NCBI GenBank assembly: GCA_013140715.1
Contig: JABFSG010000023.1
Span: 9,202 to 73,201 of the forward strand
Direction: 5' to 3'
DNA: 64,000 nt
Source: Nitrospiraceae bacterium
GTDB taxonomy: Bacteria; Nitrospirota; Nitrospiria; Nitrospirales; Nitrospiraceae
Shown here: piece after piece, positions 18,154-27,237 of the stretch
Numbering within the stretch: the first letter of the stretch is position 1
Layout: each line of letters begins with the position of its first letter
Made by a program: the position numbers and the translations under genes
Notes under the pieces: model-generated
Database searches by the model: none
What the model was told of the DNA's origin: nothing
Seen by the model: only the letters and a program-made list of their open reading frames with translations

Positions 18154-19214
18154 TGTCGATGCAGGAAATTATCGCAAAAATTGCCAAGGGGCCAAGGGCT
18201 GCCAAGGATCTTACCTGGGATGAGGCGAAGCGGGCGATGAAGGCGCTCATTGAAGGGGAAGCCACGGCGGCGCAGGTGGGAGCCTTTCTCATTGCCATGC
18301 GAATCAAGATGGAGTCCGTCACCGAGCTGGCTTCAATGACAGCGACCGCACGGTCCTACGTCGCTCCTGTGCCGATCCCACGTGAACTTGGCGTTGTGGA
18401 TCTGCCGAGCTATGCGGGGAAACGCGAAACCTTCCACGCCCTTGCCGCTTCCGCCATCGTGGCTGCGTCGGCAGGCGCGTTGGTCATAATGCATGGGTAC
18501 GATGGGATTCCCGGTCGTGCAGGGAATGCCGGGGTGCTCAAGGCTTTAGGGCTGCCGGTCGATATGGAGCCGAAAGGTGTGGCAGAGACGGTGGTGCGGC
18601 ATGGATTCGCCTACCTCGACATTGCCCTGTACCACCCTCCGATCTATCGCTTTTTAGAAATGCGGCAAGAATTGGGAGCGCGAAACGTGTTTCATCCGAT
18701 TGCGAGGCTCTTGAATCCGGCTCGCGCCTCGTCGCAGGTTGTCGGCTTGTCCCATCCTCCCCACTTTGAAAAGACTGCGGAAGTGTTGCGGATGCTGGCT
18801 TGTCCGCGGGCGCTGGTGGTCAGCGGCGTTGAAGGCGATCCAGAGCTGTCGATTGCCGCGCTCACGAGGGTTCTGGAACTGCGAGACGAGCGAATTACGC
18901 CCCTCTCGTTCGCATCAAAAGATGTCGGTTTGCCGCTGGGTACGTCGCAGGACATGGCGGGTTTCCCATCGAATCAACGGGACAAGGAAGCGGATCTGCT
19001 CCGACGGATTATCCACAATCAGTTACAGGGAGGGCCCCATAACTGGGTGTTGATGAATGCGGCGTTGATCTTGTACGCCGCCGGTAAGGGTGCAACCTGG
19101 GCGTCCTGTGTCCCACTTGCCCGTCGAGCGCTCGAAGAGGGAGCGGCGGCACGAAAGTTAGAGGAGTTGACTCAGGAGCCGGTAGGGATAGGCGTCACCG
19201 GCCGAACTCATTGA
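18153..19214 (+). CDS. TrpD-like (glycosyl transferase family 3) protein with substituted PRPP-binding motifs
   Basis: The N-terminal helical domain AAQVGAFLIAMRIK is TrpD-like. DLPSYAGKRETF replaces D.(V/C)GTGGDG..TFN, and MHGYDGIPGRAGNAG replaces KHGNRS.SS..GS.D. The start overlaps the cysH stop (TAATG). Confidence 0.75.
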   Translation: MSMQEIIAKIAKGPRAAKDLTWDEAKRAMKALIEGEATAAQVGAFLIAMRIKMESVTELASMTATARSYVAPVPIPRELGVVDLPSYAGKRETFHALAASAIVAASAGALVIMHGYDGIPGRAGNAGVLKALGLPVDMEPKGVAETVVRHGFAYLDIALYHPPIYRFLEMRQELGARNVFHPIARLLNPARASSQVVGLSHPPHFEKTAEVLRMLACPRALVVSGVEGDPELSIAALTRVLELRDERITPLSFASKDVGLPLGTSQDMAGFPSNQRDKEADLLRRIIHNQLQGGPHNWVLMNAALILYAAGKGATWASCVPLARRALEEGAAARKLEELTQEPVGIGVTGRTH

Positions 19215-19235
19215 CCACAAGAGAGGATCGAGTCC

Positions 19236-20033
19236 GTGCGACATCTTCGTCAATTAGAAGACCAGAGTGTCTACATTCTTCGGGAAGCCTATAAGCATTT
19301 TGATAACCTGGCCATGCTGTGGTCGATGGGGAAGGATTCGACCGTGTTGCTGTGGTTGGCAAGAAAGGCCTTTTTCGGCCATGTTCCGTTTCCACTTTTG
19401 CACGTCGACACGAGCTACAAAATCCCCGCCATGATCGAATATCGAGATCGCATGGCCCGCGAGTGGGGTGTGAAATTGGTTGTGGGGCAAAACAAGGAAG
19501 CGCTCGCGGCCGGGATGAATCATACGCTGGGCCGTGTCAACTGTTGCACGGCGTTGAAGACCAATGGGCTCAAGCAACTGATCGAGCAAAAGGGCTACAC
19601 CGGTATCATTCTCGGTGTGCGCGCAGATGAGGAGGGGACGAGGGCCAAGGAGCGGTACTTCTCTCCCCGTGATAAACATGGCGATTGGGATTTCCGCGAT
19701 CAGCCGCCGGAGCTGTGGGATCAATTCAAAACGACGTTTCCTCCAGGAACGCATATCCGGATCCATCCGTTGCTGGATTGGACGGAGATCAATATTTGGG
19801 AGTACATCAAATTCGAGAATATCCCCTTCATCGATCTCTATCTCGACAAGGGGGATGGAACCCGCTATCGAAGCCTTGGCTGTGCGCCCTGCACGACACC
19901 CATTCAATCGTCGGCGAAGTCCGTGGACGACATCATTGAAGAGTTGCGGCACAGTACGGTGGCAGAGCGAGCGGGCCGCGCGCAGGACGAAGGGCGCGGG
20001 ATGGAACTCCTCCGAAAAGACGGTTACATGTAG
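19236..20033 (+). CDS. cysD: sulfate adenylyltransferase subunit 2
   Basis: [19 protein letters not shown] (PP-loop), [21 protein letters not shown] start. Confidence 0.95.
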   Translation: MRHLRQLEDQSVYILREAYKHFDNLAMLWSMGKDSTVLLWLARKAFFGHVPFPLLHVDTSYKIPAMIEYRDRMAREWGVKLVVGQNKEALAAGMNHTLGRVNCCTALKTNGLKQLIEQKGYTGIILGVRADEEGTRAKERYFSPRDKHGDWDFRDQPPELWDQFKTTFPPGTHIRIHPLLDWTEINIWEYIKFENIPFIDLYLDKGDGTRYRSLGCAPCTTPIQSSAKSVDDIIEELRHSTVAERAGRAQDEGRGMELLRKDGYM

Positions 20034-20034
20034 A

Positions 20035-20162
20035 GGCAGAATGTTGAAACAGGCATCCAGCTTCGTTCTCGGGTCGGAAAAATCCTCAACGTACCCCAGA
20101 GGGTACGCCTGCGGTTTTCCCTCCCCTGCGGCCTTGCTGGGCTGTCTGTTTGAACATTCTGG
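20035..20162. repeat. ~125 bp palindromic intergenic element, copy 1
   Basis: It shares the blocks ccagcttcgttctcg, aaatcctcaacgtacccc, gagggtacgcct and cctgcggccttgctgg with copy 2. Its termini cagaatgttgaaacag / ctgtttgaacattctg are inverted repeats. Confidence 0.8.
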
Positions 20163-20171
20163 AGTCTAAGC

Positions 20172-22016
20172 ATGGCAGAAATAATCTCGAAACCATCGGA
20201 TAGTCTGAATATCGTCATCGTCGGGCATGTGGACCATGGGAAGTCCACGTTGCTGGGGCGTCTCTACGCCGACACGGGATCGTTGCCGGATGGCAAACTT
20301 GAAAAGGTTCAAGCCATTTGCCGGCAGCAGGGGAAGGAATTCGAATACGCGTTCCTGTTCGATGCCTTTTTGGAAGAGCAGGAGCAGGGCATCACGATCG
20401 ATACGGCGAGAACGTTCTTCGGTTGGAAGGGCCGGCACTACATCATCATTGATGCGCCGGGGCACAAGGAGTTTCTCAAGAACATGATTTCCGGGGCGGC
20501 CCGGGCCGAAGGGGCATTGTTGCTGATCGATGCTTTGGAGGGTGTGAAAGAGCAGTCCAAGAAGCACGGCTATCTTCTGTCTCTCCTGGGCGTGCGCCAG
20601 TTTGCTGTGGTTGTCAATAAGATGGATCTGGTCGGCTATCGGCAGGATGTGTTTGATGGGATCGAAAAGGAGTATCGGGAGTTCCTCGAGCAGTTCAAGG
20701 CGGTTCCCCAGCAGATCATTCCGGTCAGCGCCAAGCTCGGAGACAATATTGCCAACCGGAGCGAGTCAATGCCCTGGTACAGCGGTCCGACTGTGCTGGA
20801 CGCGCTCGGTGCTTTTCGGAAGGAACCGGGGAGATCCGAACAACCGCTTCGCCTGCCGGTTCAGGATGTCTACAAGTTCGACGCCCGCCGTATCATTACA
20901 GGGCGCGTCACAGCTGGGCGAGTGAAAGTCGGCGACTCCCTGGTTTTCTCACCGTCGAATAAACGGGCGGTGGTCAAGTCTATTGAAGCGTTCAATATCG
21001 AGCCTCCGCCAATAGAGGGCCATGCAGGCCAGTCAGTCGGTGTGACGCTCGACGAGCAGATTTTTGTGGAGCGGGGAGAGATTGCCTCGCATCAAGATGA
21101 ACTCCCGCTGGTCTCGACGGCTTTTCGAGCCAACGTATTCTGGCTGGGCCGGAAGCCGTTGGAGCGGGGGCGGCGCTATCAACTCAGAGTGGCGACGAAG
21201 GAAGTAGACTGTGAAATTGCCACGATCCATCGAATCATCGACACGATGGATTTGGCACAGCAGCAAGGCAGCAGTGTCGTGAATAAGAATCAGGTTGCTG
21301 AATTGACTATTCGGGCTAAAACGCCGGTCGCATTCGACCTTTCGGTTTCGTCTGAGTCGACGGGCCGTTTTGTCCTCGTGGATGAGTATGACATCGCCGG
21401 TGGCGGCATCGTGACAGAGTTGGTCCATGACGACCAGGAGTTTCTCCGAGAAGAAGCTCGGCAGCGAGATTTTGCCTGGGTCAAGGGTCAAGTCGGCGTC
21501 GAGGATCGCGCGCAGCAGTATGGCCACAGAGCCGCCATTGTACTGGTGACAGGGGGGCGGCATACGGGGAAGTCCTTCCTCGCCAGGACTATCGAGGCCA
21601 GGCTTGTAGCGGATGGTCGGCATGCGTACTTGCTCGACGGAGAGAATCTCCGGCGCGGGCTCGATGCAGATCTTTCAGAAGGAGAGCGAGGGCAAGCGAC
21701 CGAGATGGCTCGCCGCTATGGCGAGGTGGCGAGGTTGCTTGTCGATACGGGGTTAATTGTAGTTTCGACAACCAATCCTTTCGGCATGGCCTATGTCGAA
21801 GCAGCGCAGGCTATCAGGACGCTCGTCCATCCGGTCCCGGTCATTGCCGTTCATATGAGCAAGGCACCAGAAGAAGTCCCACCCAACACGGATATCGTAC
21901 TCTCAGGCCCGGCAGACTTCGATGCAGCGACTCGTCGAATCCTTGAAGAACTCAAACGCCGCGGCGTGCTGGCTCAGGCGATTGGGGCGAAGCCGATCTT
22001 TCAATATTCAATCTAG
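20172..22016 (+). CDS. cysN: sulfate adenylyltransferase subunit 1 (GTPase) fused to a divergent APS-kinase-like domain
   Basis: [19 protein letters not shown] and NKMD GTPase motifs. The C-terminal ~170 aa carry GGRHTGKS and [10 protein letters not shown], but no recognisable DLGFSxxDRxENIRR or KGLYKKAR. Confidence 0.9.
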   Translation: MAEIISKPSDSLNIVIVGHVDHGKSTLLGRLYADTGSLPDGKLEKVQAICRQQGKEFEYAFLFDAFLEEQEQGITIDTARTFFGWKGRHYIIIDAPGHKEFLKNMISGAARAEGALLLIDALEGVKEQSKKHGYLLSLLGVRQFAVVVNKMDLVGYRQDVFDGIEKEYREFLEQFKAVPQQIIPVSAKLGDNIANRSESMPWYSGPTVLDALGAFRKEPGRSEQPLRLPVQDVYKFDARRIITGRVTAGRVKVGDSLVFSPSNKRAVVKSIEAFNIEPPPIEGHAGQSVGVTLDEQIFVERGEIASHQDELPLVSTAFRANVFWLGRKPLERGRRYQLRVATKEVDCEIATIHRIIDTMDLAQQQGSSVVNKNQVAELTIRAKTPVAFDLSVSSESTGRFVLVDEYDIAGGGIVTELVHDDQEFLREEARQRDFAWVKGQVGVEDRAQQYGHRAAIVLVTGGRHTGKSFLARTIEARLVADGRHAYLLDGENLRRGLDADLSEGERGQATEMARRYGEVARLLVDTGLIVVSTTNPFGMAYVEAAQAIRTLVHPVPVIAVHMSKAPEEVPPNTDIVLSGPADFDAATRRILEELKRRGVLAQAIGAKPIFQYSI

Positions 22017-22141
22017 CAGGATGCTGAAAAAGCTCGCCAGCTTCGTTCTCGTCTCATCGAAATCCTCAACGTACCCCTGAGGGTACGCCTCCGGTTTCGA
22101 TTCGCCTGCGGCCTTGCTGGACGAACTTTTTGAGCATCCTG
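22017..22141. repeat. ~125 bp palindromic intergenic element, copy 2
   Basis: Same core blocks as copy 1. Its termini caggatgctgaaaaag / ctttttgagcatcctg carry compensatory changes relative to copy 1. Confidence 0.8.
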
Positions 22142-22447
22142 ATGGGCTCACTACCAGAAGAACTGCAACTGACTGAAATGGTAGAGTTTGTCGCGTAGTT
22201 TCGGGAGAACCGATGGCGCGCTAACGGAGGCTAACATCCGAGTGGAGCCGACGCACCCCTGATCCGCGGGGCTGTTAGGTGCCGGTCGGCCGAAAATGAC
22301 TAGCTCAGCTTTCATGATTTCAGTATCTTCACTTCCGACTCTGCTGCGTCGATTGTACTCGAGTCCCGAGCACTCTTGGACGTCCAAGAGTGGTCAGGTG
22401 ACTCTCGAGAGTGCCGTTGAGCCTCCGCGAGAAAAAAAGAGGTTCCT

Positions 22448-22678
22448 ATGAATCAGTACTCTCTGATTGCGTTGCGCCAGGTGTGGTCGTTCGTAGGTGG
22501 TTGGGCAAGGCGGCATTTCCTTGTCATTGTCTGGTTGCTTTCGTTCATTCACATCGCGTTGGCTCACGCGCATTCTTGGGACTCGGGTTCAACCGACGAA
22601 GCAAAGAGCACTACAACCGGTGGTGCTCCGGCGCCTAGCAATTGCTCCAGCGGGCAGGCGGGCTGCGCTCGCTGCTGA
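22448..22678 (+). CDS. possible small secreted Cys-containing peptide (76 aa)
   Basis: AGAGG lies 6 nt before the ATG. A hydrophobic N-terminal segment FLVIVWLLSFIHIALAHA is followed by the polar tail ...NCSSGQAGCARC. No homology recognised. Confidence 0.3.
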   Translation: MNQYSLIALRQVWSFVGGWARRHFLVIVWLLSFIHIALAHAHSWDSGSTDEAKSTTTGGAPAPSNCSSGQAGCARC

Positions 22679-22819
22679 GCACATGATCCGTTAGTCGCTA
22701 AGCGCGGAGAAGAAGAGAGGACAGGCGATTTCTCAAGAGGGCAGACAACGATAAGTGGTTTTGAAAAGTAGCCTGTCCCTTTTTCTGCCCTCACGTAACC
22801 TTATTGGTAAAGTGACCAC

Positions 22820-23911
<1,092 letters not shown>

Positions 23912-23918
23912 AAGCGTG

Positions 23919-23996
23919 GTCTAACACGGCGCTCAACCTGACTCGCCACGTCGGCGCTTCGCGCCTCGTGGCTCGCAGGTTAGCTTTGCGTTAGGC
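23919..23996 (+). other. attC-like imperfect hairpin immediately after the nuclease gene
   Basis: GTCTAAC (fits RYYYAAC)...ggcgcttcgcgcc tip...GTTAGGC (fits GTTRRRY). The arms pair with bulged bases. It starts 8 nt after the stop codon. Confidence 0.3.
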
Positions 23997-24150
23997 AGCA
24001 GAATGTACGTCTTCTGGCGGACTGGATGTGTGGAGTTTGACTCACCGGAAATCCCTGTGTTACGGGATGCAAAAAGAGGGACAGGCTACTTATTTGGAGA
24101 TTTTGAAGACTGTCCGGGTGGACGTAGACGGAAGAATTGAACGGAAGAAT

Positions 24151-24413
24151 TGGGGTCAGGCATGAGTATTGACTTATTGAGATGCCATACCTATGGACCG
24201 CATACTTGGCGTAGTCGTCTGGAATCAAGTTGTCTGACGAGTGGATTCCCGTCATGGCGGGGGAATCCCCACAGAATCATCGTACTCTGATCAGGTGTGA
24301 TGCCGGCACCAGCATGCGGAGGGGGCCTGAATATGGACGTCTCTGCCGGTTGACCAAGGTGAGCGAGAGGGGCGATCACTATCGCAATAAGTCAATACTC
24401 ATGCCTGACCCCA
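24151..24413. mobile_element. 263 bp MITE-like element with perfect 29 bp terminal inverted repeats
   Basis: tggggtcaggcatgagtattgacttattg (24151-24179) is the exact reverse complement of 24385-24413. The interior keeps a transposase C-terminal-like tail on the minus strand (HSSDNLIPDDYAKY). Confidence 0.55.
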
Positions 24414-24655
24414 TTTCTTTTCGAAACTCCTGCTGATGCGTCTGCATAAACCGGTACTTCACGACGACTCTTTGGCAAAGTACCTGGCGGATTTTTTAAC
24501 ATGTCGCGCTCCTCGGTGACCCGCGCCAGTTCTCGCTTCAGCCGCGCGATCTCCGTCGTTCGTTCTTTCCGCGCACCAGAGCCTGGGAAGGCTGCGGGTC
24601 CGAGGGATAGGAAAATGTATCGGGAGTCTTTTCTGACCTGGCGATTCATTGGCAT
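24414..24655 (-). pseudogene. IS3-family transposase remnant (orfA C-terminal half plus the first residues of orfB)
   Basis: EIARLKRELARVTEERDML, then an A-run (ttaaaaaat). KKSARYFAKESS* reads in one shifted frame and KYRFMQTHQQEF in another. This is the classic IS3 frameshift-window layout, truncated at the MITE-like element. Confidence 0.7.
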
Positions 24656-24808
24656 GAAGTTAATCAGGATGAGTCTATTCTGCTCGCAGGACTGATGTGA
24701 CCGCCTCGCGTTTTCTGCGCTACCAAGACCGACGTTCTCTTCGCTTGCTTCTCCTGATTCGCGTGTGCATCATTTATGAATATTTACACAGTCCATGTCG
24801 GAGGAGCT

Positions 24809-25018
24809 ATGCGTACCAACATCGTGATCGACAATAGCTTGATGCAGCGAGCCATGAAGGCCACCGGGTTATCGACCAAGAAAGCGGTGGTGGAAGAGGG
24901 CCTTCGATTGCTGATCAAGGTGAAGGGACAAGAAGGTATTCGCCGTTTGCGTGGCAAGATTGAGTGGGAGGGAGATCTCGGCGCGATGCGGGAAGGTCGT
25001 ATCAAGGCGGCTTCATGA
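24809..25018 (+). CDS. vapB: type II antitoxin, VapB family
   Basis: MRTNIVIDNSLMQRAMKATGLSTKKAVVEEGLRLLI. GGAGGAG SD. The stop overlaps the vapC ATG (ATGA). Confidence 0.85.
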   Translation: MRTNIVIDNSLMQRAMKATGLSTKKAVVEEGLRLLIKVKGQEGIRRLRGKIEWEGDLGAMREGRIKAAS

Positions 25019-25409
25019 TTATTGTCGATACGACGGTATGATCGGCTACCTCCGGGGAACGCGTACTTCCCATACCGACTGGCTTGAAGCTCAGTTGCCG
25101 AGAGAACGGCTGGGTCTCACCGATTTGATTCTCTGCGAAGTGTTGCAGGGGATCACCACCGATAAACAATTTGAGGCGGTTCAAGAGGAACTGCGGAAGT
25201 TTGCGGTTTTTGAGACAGGGACGGTTGGAATCGCGGTCGAAGCTGCTCTGAACTATCGGCGCCTGAGAACTGCCGGGCGAACGGTGCGCAAGACGATCGA
25301 TTCTCTGATCGCGACGTTTTGTTTATTGGAAGGACATGCCTTGCTCCACAATGACCGCGACTATGATCCATTTGGAGATGTGCTCGGTTTGAACGTCGTC
25401 CACCCGTGA
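25015..25409 (+). pseudogene. vapC: PIN-domain toxin VapC, disrupted by a frameshift after codon 8
   Basis: ATG at 25015 reads MIIVDTTV then TGA (25039-25041). The rest of the PIN domain (IGYLRG...LCEVLQG...IDSLIATF...HNDRDYD) continues in another frame from 25038. This pattern fits loss of one G from GTA TGG ATC. Confidence 0.75.
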
Positions 25410-25464
25410 GAGAAATCAGGGCAAAACAAAGGGGGCAGGCGCCCGTAATCTCACTAAAATGGTT

Positions 25465-25650
25465 ATGCACAATCCTCCCAGTCCCGGCGAGTTCATTATT
25501 CAGGTCTATCTTGAGCCCAACAATCTGAGCGGCTGTGGACTAGCCGGGAAGTTTGATGTGGCTGCTTCAACGCTGAATCGCATTCTTACGTGAACGAGCC
25601 GTATCAGCCCTGAAATGGCGCTACGCCTTTCCAAGGCGCTTGGCCGTAAG
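25465..25650 (+). pseudogene. HigA-family (XRE HTH) antitoxin remnant with an in-frame stop
   Basis: MHNPPSPGEFIIQVYLEPNNLS...STLNRILT, then TGA at 25591, then SRISPEMALRLSKALGR. The C-terminus diverges and there is no adjacent higB. Confidence 0.65.
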
Positions 25651-25825
25651 AGAATGGAACTGCTTGCCTCGCTCCCCCACCTTCCGAGTCGTTTGACTCC
25701 TTGAAAATCCGTGTGATAGCGTAGATCCCTTCGGAGTTCAGGCTACCCCTTTAAGAAAGGGATAACTGGATGACGGGGCCCGCAACGATGTCAGAACCAC
25801 CTGGGCCAATGAAAGAGGAGTTATT

Positions 25826-26557
25826 ATGAAGTTTGTCTGTCTGAACTGCGAAACCTACATGAACCTCGAAAAGGTTGAAAAACCGGAGGAAGGATCGCTC
25901 GGAGTCTTTTTTGCCTGCCCGTCCTGCGCCGCCAAGTTTTCGATGGTGACCAATGCCGGCGAAACCAACATGATGAACTCTTTGGGCTTGAAACTGGGAG
26001 CGCGTGCTGAAGCCGAAACGTCTGTGGAAAAATTGCGCGGTTTGGCGGGAAACGGCCAAACGGCCCCCGCCGTGAGTAAGCAAACTCATGGCGAGCCGTC
26101 TATGCCTGCAGCGGCTGCGTCGCCCGCCAAGGCTGGTGAGAAAGCGAGCGGCTGTCCCTTCTCCGCCATGGTCGCTGAAATGGGACTCACTGCGAGTGGT
26201 ATGCCCGGCCACGCCGATGCAACTACCTCGGACTTCGCCTGGTCGCCCGATGCGAAGGAAAAATTGGACCGCCTTCCCTCGTTCGTTAAACCAATGGTGC
26301 AGAGCAGCGTGGAGGCCTTTGCTCGCAAGCAGGGGTACAAGACAATCACATTGCAAGTCATGGACGATTCCAAGGGCGAATCGAGCAATGGGATGGCCTG
26401 GACGTCTGATGCTGAAAAGCGGCTTGAGAATATTCCTGACTTCATCCGTCCCATGGCCCGCAAGGAGGTTGAGCGGGTGGCGAAGGAACGAGGGATGGCG
26501 ACTATTACGGCTCAAATCATGGATGACGTGAAAGAAAAGTTCCTCAAGTTCATGTAG
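25826..26557 (+). CDS. zinc-ribbon protein with two PCP-reductase-type (protochlorophyllide reductase 57 kDa C-terminal-like) repeats
   Basis: CLNC...CPSC lies at the N-terminus. Two repeats follow: WSPDAKEKLDRLPSFVKPMVQSSVEAFARKQGYKTITLQVMDD and WTSDAEKRLENIPDFIRPMARKEVERVAKERGMATITAQIMDD. Confidence 0.7.
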   Translation: MKFVCLNCETYMNLEKVEKPEEGSLGVFFACPSCAAKFSMVTNAGETNMMNSLGLKLGARAEAETSVEKLRGLAGNGQTAPAVSKQTHGEPSMPAAAASPAKAGEKASGCPFSAMVAEMGLTASGMPGHADATTSDFAWSPDAKEKLDRLPSFVKPMVQSSVEAFARKQGYKTITLQVMDDSKGESSNGMAWTSDAEKRLENIPDFIRPMARKEVERVAKERGMATITAQIMDDVKEKFLKFM

Positions 26558-26584
26558 AGACAGGACTTGTGTGACTGCGCCGGC

Positions 26585-26618
26585 AAAGGCCCATCCAGTT
26601 CTCTGGATGGGCCTTTCC
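26585..26618 (+). terminator. stem-loop terminator candidate
   Basis: aaaggcccatccag-ttct-ctggatgggccttt followed by cc/T-poor sequence. It lies 28 nt after the stop. Confidence 0.55.
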
Positions 26619-26673
26619 ATTGACGCCCCCTGACCCTCTTGCAGGTTGCGGGCCGATTCCCTACAGTGAGTGC

Positions 26674-27216
26674 ATGATCCGCACCTTTCAGGGAATCAAA
26701 CCCACCATTCCCGACTCCTGTTTTATCGAAGAGACAGGCGTCGTCATCGGCGATGTTGTGCTGGGCGAGCACTGTAGCGTCTGGTTCCATACTGTCATTC
26801 GCGGCGACGTGCACTTTATCAGAATTGGCGACCGGACGAACATGCAGGATCTCTGCATGCTCCATGTCACTCACGATACCCATCCGTTGATCATCGGCAA
26901 CGAAGTGACTATCGGCCATGGGGCCATACTCCACGGCTGCACGATCAAGGATCGTGTGCTGATTGGCATGGGGGCGATTGTAATGGACGGAGCCGTCATC
27001 GGAGAGGATTCGATAGTGGGGGCCGGTGCACTGGTTGTTGAAAATACGATTGTGCCCCCGAAAAGTGTGATCCTCGGATCGCCGGCCCGTGTGCGGCGTG
27101 CAGTAACCGAAAGCGAACTTGCGTGGATTAAGGAGTCGGCGGATAACTATGTGAAGTATGCCGGCCAGTATCTAGGCAACTCATCCAGAACCAAGCCCGG
27201 ATTTCAAATCTCGTAG
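26674..27216 (+). CDS. gamma-class carbonic anhydrase family (left-handed beta-helix) protein
   Basis: MIRTFQGIKPTIPDSCFIEETGVVIGDVVLGEHCSVWFHTVIRGD...GHGAILHGC. Confidence 0.9.
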   Translation: MIRTFQGIKPTIPDSCFIEETGVVIGDVVLGEHCSVWFHTVIRGDVHFIRIGDRTNMQDLCMLHVTHDTHPLIIGNEVTIGHGAILHGCTIKDRVLIGMGAIVMDGAVIGEDSIVGAGALVVENTIVPPKSVILGSPARVRRAVTESELAWIKESADNYVKYAGQYLGNSSRTKPGFQIS

Positions 27217-27237
27217 CCCGCAGTTATTTCAGCCGCG

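Noticed and set aside
22151-22387. The 78-aa minus-strand ORF at the left edge of the islet as a gene.
   Set aside because: No SD and no recognisable motifs. It may be debris of a decayed cassette, but I cannot support a call.
22631-22704. A second attC site upstream of the nuclease cassette.
   Set aside because: It is an imperfect hairpin, but its ends (GCGCCTAGC / GCTAAGCGC, internal GTTAGTC) do not fit RYYYAAC / GTTRRRY on either strand.
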